Shown: positions 1-10,512, counted from the first letter of the stretch. The stretch: 64,000 nucleotides of DNA from an uncultured bacterium (GCA_963786935.1 CAWBAN010000005.1:96001-160000), one strand, 5' to 3'. Notes: generated from the letters alone by a model not told the origin. Program-made: numbers and translations.

Positions 1-1
1 C

Positions 2-1651
2 TGCTCTCGCGATGAAGCCGATGTAGGAGAGGCGATCTCGAAGCCGATCCCGCCGATCGCTCCCGATACCGTGTACACTGGGCAGATAGTGACCGTGGCG
101 ACGAACGGGGCGATCAGCAATCAGGGGCACGGCATCGAGTATCGCTTCGATTGCGACGCCGAGGGAACCCACGATTACAGCGCTTGGAGCTCTTCCGACA
201 GCCTGATGACGGCATGGCCCCGGCCGGGCGCGTACCTCCTGAAGGCTCAGGCCAGGTGCGGGACTCATGTGGCCGAGGAATCGCCCTGGTCCGACGGCAC
301 ATCGATAACGGTGAAAGAAACCGCCGTTTCGAAGCCGAGTTCGCCGGTTGGCCCCCCGATCAGAAAGACCGATGAGCTCGGTACATACTGCACCGGCGGT
401 GCCGTCTGCACGAGGGGAGATTCCGTCGAGTATCGCTTCAATATCAATTCCGACGGTGTTCATGACACCATGAGCTGGAGCGGCGATACCTGTCTGTCTC
501 TTGCTTGGCCGCTCGCGGGGGCCTACGTGATACAAGCCCAGGCTCGGTCCCTGATCGACACCTCGAGCGTCTCTCCCTGGTCGGATGGAATCTCGGTCGA
601 TGTGAGAAACCACGATCCCGATTGCAGAATTCTCCGGGCTTGGTGCCATTTCACTCCGCGGTCCACCGACGTCCCGGATAGCATGCTCGTTGATTTCCTC
701 GACGATGATCCGGATACCCTCCCGAATGGTTCGAGGCTCAGAATGGAATACGAAGGATGGGACAACGCACTTCCGTATATGTCGCCCGCCCCGATCCGTT
801 TTCAGTTCGGCTACAGGCGCTGGACAATCGATGAGAGCGGCAGGACTGTCGCCGACAAGTCGTCTCCTTGGTACCCCTTGCAGAAATCCGAAGACACGAA
901 TCCGATGGATTCGAATCCTTCCACGAGGGATCGGGATTCCACAACGATGAGGATCAACACGTTCAATTACGAGTTTCGCGTTCGTTCGTGGGACGAACAG
1001 AATAAGATCGATGCGTCTCCGGCCACCGTGCGCTTCTTCGGTAATTTCAGACCGACGATCGACAGCGTCGTCGTGGGCTTCTACGATCAAGTGACCCACG
1101 CATTTCGGAGAGTCCTGTTCGATACGCTCTATGTCGGCTGGACCGGTGTCCCGGGACAGTCTCGGGGCAATATCATGAATCCTTATCTGGTCGAGTCCGT
1201 GGCCGGAACGATCGTGAAATCATACAAATTCAACATTCGGGCGGGCGGTCATGACGATCCGCGGGATCCCGCGGGCTCGGGAATCTACGGCTGGAAGCTC
1301 CTGATTGACGATCCCGATGGGGCTGCTTACCAAGGCCTGAATCAGTGGATCTTCGATAATCCCGTTAATCAATTCGAACAAGAGATCGTCTTTCAGATCC
1401 AGTCTTCGGTGGGCGACGACATCGTCCAGAATCCTCCCGCCAACCTCGGCGCACAGATAGTCCACGTTATCGCGAGGGATATGAGGAACGACGAAACGTC
1501 CCTCGAGGGGATTCGCGGCATTACCCCGCAATTCGATGAGATGGGAAGGCCGATTCCCTGTAACTGCTGGTATCTCGCTCAATACTATTTCGCCAGCTAC
1601 GCGAGAAGAGAAACGTCGACGCGTCCGCTCTATTTGAAGCTCGTGAGGTAG
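2..1651 (+). CDS. Secreted/lipoprotein-like hypothetical protein with two tandem ~95-aa Ig/PKD-like repeats (5' end lies outside the window)
   Basis: The frame is open from base 2 (CSRDEADVGEAISKP...). Two copies of SKP..P..P...EYRF...DG.HD...WS......AWP..GAY...AQAR......SPWSDG.S..V are followed by a beta-rich C-terminal region. Confidence 0.7.
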   Translation, partial: CSRDEADVGEAISKPIPPIAPDTVYTGQIVTVATNGAISNQGHGIEYRFDCDAEGTHDYSAWSSSDSLMTAWPRPGAYLLKAQARCGTHVAEESPWSDGTSITVKETAVSKPSSPVGPPIRKTDELGTYCTGGAVCTRGDSVEYRFNINSDGVHDTMSWSGDTCLSLAWPLAGAYVIQAQARSLIDTSSVSPWSDGISVDVRNHDPDCRILRAWCHFTPRSTDVPDSMLVDFLDDDPDTLPNGSRLRMEYEGWDNALPYMSPAPIRFQFGYRRWTIDESGRTVADKSSPWYPLQKSEDTNPMDSNPSTRDRDSTTMRINTFNYEFRVRSWDEQNKIDASPATVRFFGNFRPTIDSVVVGFYDQVTHAFRRVLFDTLYVGWTGVPGQSRGNIMNPYLVESVAGTIVKSYKFNIRAGGHDDPRDPAGSGIYGWKLLIDDPDGAAYQGLNQWIFDNPVNQFEQEIVFQIQSSVGDDIVQNPPANLGAQIVHVIARDMRNDETSLEGIRGITPQFDEMGRPIPCNCWYLAQYYFASYARRETSTRPLYLKLVR

Positions 1652-1770
1652 CGCAGCCTTGCGTGCAAGCAGGAAGTCGCGGGCTCAATACAGGTCCGGT
1701 TTATGCAAACATATCAGGACCGACCCTGAGCAGTACACCTGGATGCAATCACAAACCAACAGGGGGAACC

Positions 1771-2457
1771 ATGAGGAAGAATAAGCCGGCGGCGATATTC
1801 GCAATTATCACGGTCGCGTTGCTTTTGCAGACCGGCGGCGGCACGGCCGGCGATACGTCATGCAGGACGAACGAATATGAAATAATGTCGCTTCTCATCC
1901 AGGAACAGTACGGCTCCGAGTTCAGCCTGATACTGATCGACCGCGACACCGAATCGTCGTGCCCGCGCGAGCCTCTGGGCTTCCTGAAGGAGACATGGCC
2001 GAAGCTCAAGGGCGAAACGATCGATTCCCTCATAGTCAATTACAGCAGCGCGCCGCGCCGGCTCGCGGAGAGCTTCAGCCTCCCCGTCGAATACCGGCTC
2101 ATATCCGGCGATGAATACATGAAAATCCTGCGCGTCAATTCTCCCGGAGCAGGGACCCTCGAAGCGGGCGCGGATGCCGGCGCGACCGGGACAGAGGCGT
2201 ATGCAGCGATACCCGGCGCCGCCGAGCCGGACTGGGACAACTTCGACAAGATCTTCCCGGACGTTCAGGGATACCTGACATTCTCCCGGGTCGCGTTCGA
2301 CTCCGAGTGCACCCAGGCGCTCGTGATATTCTCCAACGCCTACCGGTGCAGCGGAGTCCGCACCAGGCCGCAGATGCGCGAGATCGCCTGCTTCGGCAAA
2401 AAAGACGGAGCCTGGGTTCTCGTCGGCATATCGCGGGGAATACAGACGATGGATTGA
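1771..2457 (+). CDS. Secreted hypothetical protein
   Basis: AGGGGG RBS before ATG 1771; basic plus hydrophobic N-terminus (MRKNKPAAIFAIITVALLL); C-terminal FSRVAFD...QALV segment. Confidence 0.7.
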   Translation: MRKNKPAAIFAIITVALLLQTGGGTAGDTSCRTNEYEIMSLLIQEQYGSEFSLILIDRDTESSCPREPLGFLKETWPKLKGETIDSLIVNYSSAPRRLAESFSLPVEYRLISGDEYMKILRVNSPGAGTLEAGADAGATGTEAYAAIPGAAEPDWDNFDKIFPDVQGYLTFSRVAFDSECTQALVIFSNAYRCSGVRTRPQMREIACFGKKDGAWVLVGISRGIQTMD

Positions 2458-2600
2458 TATCCGGCCCCGCGGCTTCGCTGTCCTCGAGATCGCTCGCTGC
2501 AGCCGATGCGCCGCGAGGAAGCCGCAGGTTTAAGTTTCCGCTTCGTCCGCCAAACGTTCTCCGCCAGGGTTCCGCGTTTTTCCGCCGCATCCCTCGGTAA

Positions 2601-2629
2601 TTGACTCGGCCCCGGCCGTCTATTATCTT
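2601..2629 (+). promoter_or_regulatory. Putative sigma-70 promoter
   Basis: TTGACT-17 bp-TATCTT upstream of the gene starting at 2740. Confidence 0.5.
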
Positions 2630-2739
2630 CAAAGTGCAAGAGGGATGATAAAAGCCGATTCAACCGAAAAACGCCTTCATTCTTGACCGATACCTTCGAG
2701 GATAGACGTAGAAGGGCTCATCGAGGGGGGGCGATCCAC

Positions 2740-4919
2740 ATGTGGAATCGCGAGATCGTTTGCGCGGGTCTTGCCGCTCTGCTCGTGTGCGCGCTCGCCG
2801 CGCCCGCGGGCTCGATCGGTCGCGTCGGACCGGTCGTGAAGGGCGCGACCAGTCCCGATCGGACTCTCGTTCTTGACGGGAGCGGCACTCACGATATCGG
2901 GCAGCTGTTGATTCATACGGCGAATTGGGGACTCTTCGGATCCTATCCGAATTCGACGATGCCGTTCAGCCAGTTCCCGTCGGCCGAATGGCCCGCGGGA
3001 AGCGGGGTGGAGCACTTGTGCGTCGCCGGCCTCTGGGTCGGGGCGGATATCGGTTTCAATCCCATTGGGCAAGAGGATCTTCACGTTTCGACATCCACCT
3101 ATGAAATGGAGTTCAGGCCGACCGACGATCCGATCGACAGGATCTACGAGACGCACGAGGGGGCGTGGGGGGGAACCGGATCCCCATGCCGAATGCGGAC
3201 GACGACGGAGACGGGCTCATCGACGAGGACTGGCTCGACCGGCAAGACAACGACGGCGACGGCCTCGTTGATGAGGACTTCGCCGCGATATCGCAGCAGA
3301 TGTTCAGCTGCCGGTACACGGACGACCAACCCGCCGCGATCGCGCAGTACCCCGAGCACGAGCCGCTTCATATCATGGTGCGGCAAGAGAGCTATCAGTG
3401 GACCGATCCGCGCTTCGACGACTTCATCGGGATCAAGTTCATCATCACGAACATAGGGGCCGAACCTCTCGGCATGATCAGGCTCGGCTTCTTCATGGAT
3501 GCCGATATCGGCCGCCGCAGCACCCCGTCGTACTGGGCTGACGACGCTGCCGGCTCCTGGCGGGGGATCAGGTGTACGGAGCTCGGCCCCGCCTCTCTCA
3601 GCATCGGGTATATGTATGACGCCGACGGCGACGGGGGTCAAACGACGAGCTACATCGGCGCCTGGGTGCTCGGGCATCGGCTCGATCCTCAGAATCCATG
3701 GGGTGCCGAGACTGCTGAACGCATGGGCATGAATTCGTTTCATATATTCAAGGGCGACCAGCCATACGAGAATGGGGGCGATCCGGTAAACGATCTTCAG
3801 CGGTTCGAACTCATGCACGACGAAACCTTTGACATGAATCAAACGGCGGCGGGAGATTACCGGATTCTCATGAGCCTCGGCAGCTACCACACAGGTTTGC
3901 TGCCCGGAAACTCCCTCATCTTGCATATGGGCCTCGTTTGCGGCGACGGTCTCGAGGGGCTGCTCGACAACGCGGCGATGTGCCAGCGCCTCTTCGACGG
4001 ACTGCGCTTCGACTACGATTTGGACTACATGACGGGCGTCGACCGCCGGGAGCGGCCATTACCCGGGCCGGTCAATGCGATTATCATCGATTCCTGCCGC
4101 TCGGAGTACAGCGTTCCGCGGAGCTGGCCGCGGGGCGTGACCGAATGGATAAACTACGATTGCAGGGCGGAGGATGAGGGCAAGGCTTACTGCATGCTCG
4201 ACGAGGCGGACAGCATGCTTTTCCGCACCGGGGTGGCGGGCCTCGAGAGGCCCGTGCACTGGATCTACGAGCAGCAGCCGGTTGAGCCTGCGCTCTCTCT
4301 GCACGGCTACCACACCGTCAGCCTCGTCGGCGTGACGTGGCGGTTTCAGCTCGAGCTTCACAACGCGGGGCCGGGGATTGCCCGGAATGTGAAGGTCATT
4401 CTGCACGAAGAGAGCGAGGATGTGACGATTCCCGATCCCGACTGCAGTTTCGGCTACCTGCTCGTGGGCGAGATGAGCTGGGGGGGCGACGACGTGTACA
4501 CCGTCGATTTGACGAACCACCCGGATGGGAACTTCAACGCGTGGCTCGAAGTCACCTATGAGGATCTCCGCGCCAATCGCCACCAGGTTCGGATCGATAC
4601 CGAGCTCGATCCTTGGAACCCGACGGAGGCTGCTCCGGCGCTGACCTACGCGCTGAGCCAGAACTATCCGAATCCGTTCAATCCGGTCACAACGATCAAG
4701 TACCAGATTCCCGTGAAGGGAATGGTGAATCTGAGCGTGTTCGACGTGTCGGGCAGGTTGATCCGGACGCTGGTCAACGAAAACAACGATCCGGGATTCC
4801 ACGCCGCAAACTGGGACGGGAAGGACGGCCGAGGCGTCCCGGCGGCATCGGGAATCTACTTCTCGAGGCTTCGGGCGGGAAGCTATACGGAAACGAGGCG
4901 TATGGTGCTGCTGCGCTGA
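2740..4919 (+). CDS. Secreted protein with acidic DxDGDG Ca-binding-like repeats and a C-terminal FlgD-Ig/T9SS-like sorting domain; frameshifted in a G7 run at 3167-3173
   Basis: ORFs 2683-3456 and 3165-4919 each align with consecutive parts of the intact paralog at 37453-39555. One extra G gives EGAWGGNRIPMP versus paralog EGVPGGNRYPFP. C-terminus QNYPNPFNP...WDGKD...ASGIYF...MVLLR. Confidence 0.8.
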
Positions 4920-4946
4920 TCGCGTCGGGGAGAGCCTAACAAACGC

Positions 4947-4982
4947 AAGGGGAGCTTGGTATGGCGCCAGGCTCCCCTTTTT
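4947..4982 (+). terminator. Intrinsic terminator
   Basis: AAGGGGAGCTTGG-loop-CCAGGCTCCCCTT with a T tract, lying between convergent genes. Confidence 0.75.
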
Positions 4983-5019
4983 CACGTGAATCTATGTGCG
5001 AAACGGCGTCTTAGCCGCA

Positions 5020-5856
5020 TTAGAAATGAAAGGTCACCCCGAGTGCGGGGCCGTCAAGGCTGAGCTTCTCGACGAGATCCTCTTCTTCCGCGTCGTATGT
5101 CAGATAGTGGTAGAGGAGCCGCACGTCCCCCCAGCCGAACGCGTATGCGGCCCCGACCGCGCCGCTCCAGGTCGATGTGGACGTCCCCGTGCCGAAGTCG
5201 ACGTAGAAGGGAAGGAACCAGTTGCCGGCGCCCGGCCTCCATTCTCCCCTCGCTCCGATGAGGCCGTCCCAGAAATCCCCCGTTTGAGAGGCGCTGCCCG
5301 TTTTCGGCGCGGCGTCAGTTCCGGCGGCGAAGCTCCAATCCAACGAGGATTTCAGGGCGAGGTAGCGGACGCCGAATATGAATTCCAGAGTGCCGTCATG
5401 CTCCTCCAGCAGAACGTGGCCGCCGACCAGCGACCATATCGTCGCGGTGAGCTCGGTGGTGCTGCCGGCGTCGATCGGCACCTCCGCCCGGCCGTCGGGA
5501 TCGCTCACGGACGTCACCGTCGCGCCCTCTCCCGAGAAGGGCGCGTAGAAGAAGTCGGTGGCGAGGGACCATGATCCCTTGCGCACGTCGGCCGTGAACA
5601 TGAACGGGAAATCGAGATGCTCGAAATAGTCGCTTGGATCGATGCTCATCTCGATCTCGGTGCCCGCGGGAGGATACGCCGTGAAGTTCAGCGTGCCGTC
5701 GATTTTCGGCACCCACAGGTAGGGAGTCACCGAGAAGCGCCAGCCCCCGTCGTCACCGTCAGCCGCGGAGCCGGCCCAAGCTCCCCCGCACACGACCGTG
5801 AGCCCGAAAACCACGATCGCGATCCCGAGCGCCATGGCGCGTGTCTTTAGCCTCAT
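5020..5856 (-). CDS. Outer-membrane beta-barrel protein
   Basis: AAGGAGG RBS before ATG 5856; signal peptide; amphipathic strands (GWRFSVTPYLW...); ends GPALGVTFHF with the terminal Phe typical of BAM substrates. Confidence 0.8.
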   Translation of the reverse strand: MRLKTRAMALGIAIVVFGLTVVCGGAWAGSAADGDDGGWRFSVTPYLWVPKIDGTLNFTAYPPAGTEIEMSIDPSDYFEHLDFPFMFTADVRKGSWSLATDFFYAPFSGEGATVTSVSDPDGRAEVPIDAGSTTELTATIWSLVGGHVLLEEHDGTLEFIFGVRYLALKSSLDWSFAAGTDAAPKTGSASQTGDFWDGLIGARGEWRPGAGNWFLPFYVDFGTGTSTSTWSGAVGAAYAFGWGDVRLLYHYLTYDAEEEDLVEKLSLDGPALGVTFHF

Positions 5857-6132
5857 TGCCGCCTCCTTATGCGATTCCGCATTCCCCGAGGCGCACGGAA
5901 GCGTGCGCGTCCCGATCCTTTCCGACGATGCTGCAGAATTCTGGGACAAAGCTGTCGTCGGCATCAAGAGATATTCTGTGAAAGAGCCTTTCGGCAACAT
6001 CGATTGGATCTCTGTCCCACATGCGGTTGCCGGGTCCGCAGGGGGCTTTTTTTGTCCCGGAAAAGGCGCGCGGCATGATAAAATGGAAACAGGCTTCCTA
6101 CGATGTTTTGATCGAGCGGCGGGGCGATACCG

Positions 6133-9100
6133 ATGAGAACGTGTCTGCGTTGCCTCTCTCTCCTGCTTGTCCTTCACGCGGCCGGGGCCGCGGCGGAGCT
6201 TTTCCTCCGCGCAGCTTCGGCCGCGGCCGAGACGGTGCCACTGCATATTCCCGCCGGTCCGCGTCCGGTCGACGGCTGGCCGGTCATCCTCGGAAATACG
6301 ATGCGGCATGCCCCGGCGGTCGCCGACGTCGACGGCGACGGCGAGGACGAAATCGCGGTCGGTATCCGGGACGGCCGGGTTTTTCTCCTCGATGGAAACG
6401 GGGATGTTCTCCCCGGCTGGCCGCGCAGGACCGGTTCGTGGGTGATCAGGACCCCTCTGCTGTCTGACGTCAACGGCGACGGCCGATTCGAGGTCGTGGC
6501 GGCGACGTACGACGGATTCATCTACCAGTGGCATATCGACGGGAGCGCCGTTTCCGGATGGCCGGTCGACCTGGCGGGCGTTCCGGCGTCGTCCCCTCAG
6601 CTCGTCCGCGTCGGGGCCGGCGCGGAGCGCCGCATTCTCATATCGATCGCGCCAGACAGAATCCATCTCCTCGCGGCCAACGGCGGCAGTCATCCGGGGT
6701 GGCCGAAGACGATCGCCAACACGACGCGCGTTTCGTTCGCCGATGCGCGTCCGACGGCGGGCGTCGATCTGGACGGGGACGGATCCGTCGAGATTCTGCA
6801 CCTTTCGTCCGACAAGACGGTTCTGTACGCATGGAGATCGGATGGGAGCGACTATCCCGGATATCCCCGTCCGATCGGGGATGATACCGGCCTTGGATTC
6901 GCCCTCGATGACGCGGCGGCGCCGCGCCTGATCGCCTGCACGACTCTTTCAGGGTTGTTCGTGCTCGACACGGGGGGAAGGCTGCTGTGGCGGACGAATC
7001 CGCTGGAACCCGGCGATTGGTTCCTGACGTGTCCGTATTTCATATCGTCCGGCGATTCCTCGGATCCGGGGATGGATCGAATCCTGGCCGGCACGCATCT
7101 GGGCACCGTCTATCTCTGGGACAGAGAGGGGCGGCTGCAGCCGGGATGGCCCGTCCGGCTCGGCGGTTTCATCTACGGCGTGCCCGAAACGGCAAAATTC
7201 CACGCGGTGCACGGCCCGCCGCTCACGGCCGATGTGGATGGAGACGGCGTGCCCGAAATCATCGTCGGCAGCTATAACCATCACCTGTACTGTTTCGAGT
7301 TCGACGGGAGCCTCGTGCCCGGCTGGCCGGAGACGGTGGAAGACGCCATCATGGGCACGATGGCCCTCGCGCAGCTCGATGGAGCCGGCGGCAAGGAGCT
7401 CATCGTCGGGCAGATCGGCGAGACGATGTTCGCGTTCCATTTGGGGCCTCCGCCCCGAATCCGGATCGACATCGCTCCGCCGGGACGCCTGCTTCGCTCT
7501 TCCACGGAGTGGTCGCCGAAGTACTTTGCCGCCGTCGCGGCGCTCGCGCTGATGGTGCTGCTGCTCGTGCAGCATCTTCGGATCGAGCACGAACGCGCCG
7601 CCGCGTGGGCGGCCGACCGTTGGACGCGGCGGGCGTTTTTCGTCGTCCTCGCCATTCTTGCCGCGTGCCTCGTCTTTTACATCAACGATTTCCGGCGGTA
7701 CGAAGAAACGAGGAACCGTCTGGCCTCCGCCGAGGCCGTCACGCGACGGGCCCTCGCCAGCGAGCGCCGGGATGTGCGGCGATTGGTCGACGATCTGGCT
7801 GTCCGGCTCGATTCGTCGATCGTGGGCGAAGCGAGGACGCCGCTCGTGTTGCTCCCCCATCTCGAGCGGCTCACGGATCGTTACCGTTTCGACTACCGGT
7901 TCAAGGGGCTGCTCGTGACCGATGCCGCGGGCGGCCCCATCATCGGCGTTGGGCTCGCCCGCGGATGGACCGATCTCGCCGATCTCGGTATCGGCGCCGG
8001 CGGCGCCGCCGAACCGATCCTGCTCGAGGAAACGCCCGTCTTCGTCGAGGAGAGCGTGAGGGGGATCGGCGCCGGGCCGGACTCTCTTCGACTGTTTCTC
8101 TTCTCCAGTCTCCTCGGCACCCTCCCCGACGCCGTCGCCGACTCCACGGGTTTCTCCGCGTATCTCCGTCTCGAGGATAGAACGCTGGCCTGGGGGGGCG
8201 CGGCGCTGCTCTCGACTCCGGGTGTGCGCCCGCAGCTCGATAGAACGCAGCCGGCGAGAGACATTGCGATTCTGAGCACCCCCGGAAAACCCCGGCTGTC
8301 GATTCGTCTGGCGCTGGAGAGCTTCGATCGATCGTTATCCGTCTGGCTGGATGTCATCGTGATCCTTCTTTTGCCCGCGCTCTATCTGTTCCTGAGCGGC
8401 AGGGGGAACGTGTTCGCGCGCGTGCGGCTCGCCTGGTGGTGGATTCCGCTCTTCGCGGCCGCCTACCTCGCGGCGATCGTCACGTTCCGGACCGGGGCGG
8501 CGGAAGCGAGGCACGTGTCCCTCGCCGGCCGCTCGCTGGAGGTGCTCCTGTACGCGGCGGGCGTGCTCGGATTCGTCGTGGCCGCGCGCAATATCGTCTT
8601 TTCCGGCACGAGCAAACGCGTCGACGTCGCGCTGCTCGGATCCTACCTCCTCGTCAGCCTGGTCCCGATCGCGGTGATCATCACCGTGTTGACTGGCTTC
8701 ATGAGGGATAGCCAATACCGCCACGTTCAGGGCGCGATCGCCGATCTGGTCGATCGGGCCGACAATCTGGCCATCTCGTACATCGGCAGGTACGATTTCC
8801 CGCGATTGCTCGACGAGGCGGGCGAGCGGTATCTGAACCAGCCGCCGGAGACCGGCTGGTTCAACTTCGTGGCCGAGGATCATTTTCTGTTCACCTACGA
8901 TCTGCCCACGGCATTCCTGACGCTGTGGGCGCATGACCGGAACGATCCCAACCGGTACTTCACCGGATACAGCTATCGCGCGCCGCGCAAGGACAAGCTC
9001 TATGCGCGAACGCCGGCATGGATGGGGGACGAGAATCAGAAAGGCCTGTTCCTCGATAACGGCACGCCCGTCATACGCGCGCTTCGGACCTTGCGCACGC

Positions 9101-10359
9101 GCAATATCGAGGCCCGGATCGGCTGCCATATCCCCCTCGACAAGGAAACGATCGCGATCATCGAGAAACAAATGCACATGGCGCCGTTCCTTCCGTACGT
9201 GCGATTGGAGCCCAGCTGGCCCGAATCGGCCCGCGATCGCATCCCCCCCCGGGCGAATTGGTATTTTCTTCCCTTCAGCTCCGACGTCATCGTGCACGCG
9301 CGGGACTGGAATACGGGAGCGCCGCGCTGGATCGCGTACCGAGTGCACATCTATGTGCCGTCGGGACAGGGAAAATGGATATACATCGTCCCCGTCCTTC
9401 TGCTTCTGCTCCTCCCGCTCGGCCTGTCCGTCTGGGGAGCGTACTCCATTTATCAGCGGACGGTCAGGCCCCTGACACGGCTGCTCGACGGGATCCGGCG
9501 GGTGGAGCAAGGAGACATGACATACCGGCTGATGGACACGGGGCAGTCGGAGATCGCGCTCGCCGCTCAAGCGTTCGACAAGATGGCCGAGAGCCTGGAA
9601 CGGAAGATCGCCGAGCTCGCCGCGAAGAAGAATATCGAAGAGGTCAGCGAGCTGAAGAGCCACTTCATCTCCATGGTCAGTCACGATCTCAAGACCCCGC
9701 TCGCCTCGATCAAGGGAGCCGCGGAGAACGTCCTCGAGGAGCTTGCCGGCCCCGTCTCCGAGCGCCAGCGCACGTATCTCGAGATGATCCTGAAGAGCAG
9801 CGACAACCTTCAGCAGATGATTTCAAATCTTCTCGATCTCTCCCGCATCGAGAGCGGTCATCTGAGCCTCAATATCGAAACCCTGGACATCAAACACGAG
9901 GTGGAGCATATCCTGCGCTTCATCCAGCCGCTCCTCGAGGAGAAGAGCCTGGAGGCGCGGATCGCCGTCGGGGCGAAGTCAACGGCGGTTGCGGTGGATA
10001 GAACGAGGTTGTGGCAGATCATAAACAACATCATGTCGAACGCGATCCGCTATTCGCCACGGGGCGGGCGGATCGACATTTCCATAAACGATTCCCCCGA
10101 CCGGGACACCGGCGGGAATCCCATGATCGAGGTGGCGATCGCCGATCAGGGACCGGGCATCGCCGAAGAGGAGCGGCAGAGGCTGTTCGAGCCTTTCTAT
10201 ACGCGGCCATCGGAGGGGGTGGCCGCGCACGGGGCCGGTCTCGGGCTCGCCATCGTCAAGCAGCTCGTCGAGCTTCATGGCGGCACTGTTTCGCTGACGG
10301 GCGGGAGCCAAGGGGGCGCACGGTTCACGCTGACGCTTCCCGCGAAGAAAAGCGGCTAG
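6133..10359 (+). CDS. Large membrane sensor histidine kinase with an N-terminal FG-GAP/VCBS-like beta-propeller, multiple TM segments, HAMP, HisKA and HATPase domains
   Basis: Seven GWP/GYP repeats with DVDGDGxxEI loops; H-box MVSHDLKTPL; N-box NIMSNAIRYS; G boxes DQGPGI and GAGLGLAI. Confidence 0.9.
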   Translation: MRTCLRCLSLLLVLHAAGAAAELFLRAASAAAETVPLHIPAGPRPVDGWPVILGNTMRHAPAVADVDGDGEDEIAVGIRDGRVFLLDGNGDVLPGWPRRTGSWVIRTPLLSDVNGDGRFEVVAATYDGFIYQWHIDGSAVSGWPVDLAGVPASSPQLVRVGAGAERRILISIAPDRIHLLAANGGSHPGWPKTIANTTRVSFADARPTAGVDLDGDGSVEILHLSSDKTVLYAWRSDGSDYPGYPRPIGDDTGLGFALDDAAAPRLIACTTLSGLFVLDTGGRLLWRTNPLEPGDWFLTCPYFISSGDSSDPGMDRILAGTHLGTVYLWDREGRLQPGWPVRLGGFIYGVPETAKFHAVHGPPLTADVDGDGVPEIIVGSYNHHLYCFEFDGSLVPGWPETVEDAIMGTMALAQLDGAGGKELIVGQIGETMFAFHLGPPPRIRIDIAPPGRLLRSSTEWSPKYFAAVAALALMVLLLVQHLRIEHERAAAWAADRWTRRAFFVVLAILAACLVFYINDFRRYEETRNRLASAEAVTRRALASERRDVRRLVDDLAVRLDSSIVGEARTPLVLLPHLERLTDRYRFDYRFKGLLVTDAAGGPIIGVGLARGWTDLADLGIGAGGAAEPILLEETPVFVEESVRGIGAGPDSLRLFLFSSLLGTLPDAVADSTGFSAYLRLEDRTLAWGGAALLSTPGVRPQLDRTQPARDIAILSTPGKPRLSIRLALESFDRSLSVWLDVIVILLLPALYLFLSGRGNVFARVRLAWWWIPLFAAAYLAAIVTFRTGAAEARHVSLAGRSLEVLLYAAGVLGFVVAARNIVFSGTSKRVDVALLGSYLLVSLVPIAVIITVLTGFMRDSQYRHVQGAIADLVDRADNLAISYIGRYDFPRLLDEAGERYLNQPPETGWFNFVAEDHFLFTYDLPTAFLTLWAHDRNDPNRYFTGYSYRAPRKDKLYARTPAWMGDENQKGLFLDNGTPVIRALRTLRTRNIEARIGCHIPLDKETIAIIEKQMHMAPFLPYVRLEPSWPESARDRIPPRANWYFLPFSSDVIVHARDWNTGAPRWIAYRVHIYVPSGQGKWIYIVPVLLLLLLPLGLSVWGAYSIYQRTVRPLTRLLDGIRRVEQGDMTYRLMDTGQSEIALAAQAFDKMAESLERKIAELAAKKNIEEVSELKSHFISMVSHDLKTPLASIKGAAENVLEELAGPVSERQRTYLEMILKSSDNLQQMISNLLDLSRIESGHLSLNIETLDIKHEVEHILRFIQPLLEEKSLEARIAVGAKSTAVAVDRTRLWQIINNIMSNAIRYSPRGGRIDISINDSPDRDTGGNPMIEVAIADQGPGIAEEERQRLFEPFYTRPSEGVAAHGAGLGLAIVKQLVELHGGTVSLTGGSQGGARFTLTLPAKKSG

Positions 10360-10374
10360 ACCGGCTTCGATGGT

Positions 10375-10512
10375 GCGCAGAAATTGCGCTCTTGCCGCTC
10401 GAAAGCGCTCAGAAAACGGTTTGTCGAGGACGGCATTTTGTTCGCAATTTATTGATTCATAACGTCATAGCGCTGTGTGGCTCTGTCGCTGAGGGATGGC
10501 CTCTTCCTTGCA
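10375..10512 (+). promoter_or_regulatory. Sigma-54 promoter module: enhancer palindrome, IHF site and -24/-12 box
   Basis: GCGCA-N5-TGCGC at 10375-10389; AATCAATAAATTG on the minus strand at 10445-10457 matches the IHF consensus WATCAAN4TTR; TGGCCTCTTCCTTGCA (GG-N10-GC) at 10497-10512. Confidence 0.7.

Noticed and set aside
5961..6036. SAM-I/IV riboswitch-like words (ATCAAGAG...CGGCAAC...GGTTGCC)
   Set aside because: No 3' P1 partner, no kink-turn/pseudoknot segment, P3 lacks the characteristic bulge, and no methionine-related gene follows.
5857..6801. N-terminal extension of the 5020-6801 ORF
   Set aside because: It overlaps the kinase gene antisense; the RBS and signal peptide place the true start at 5856.
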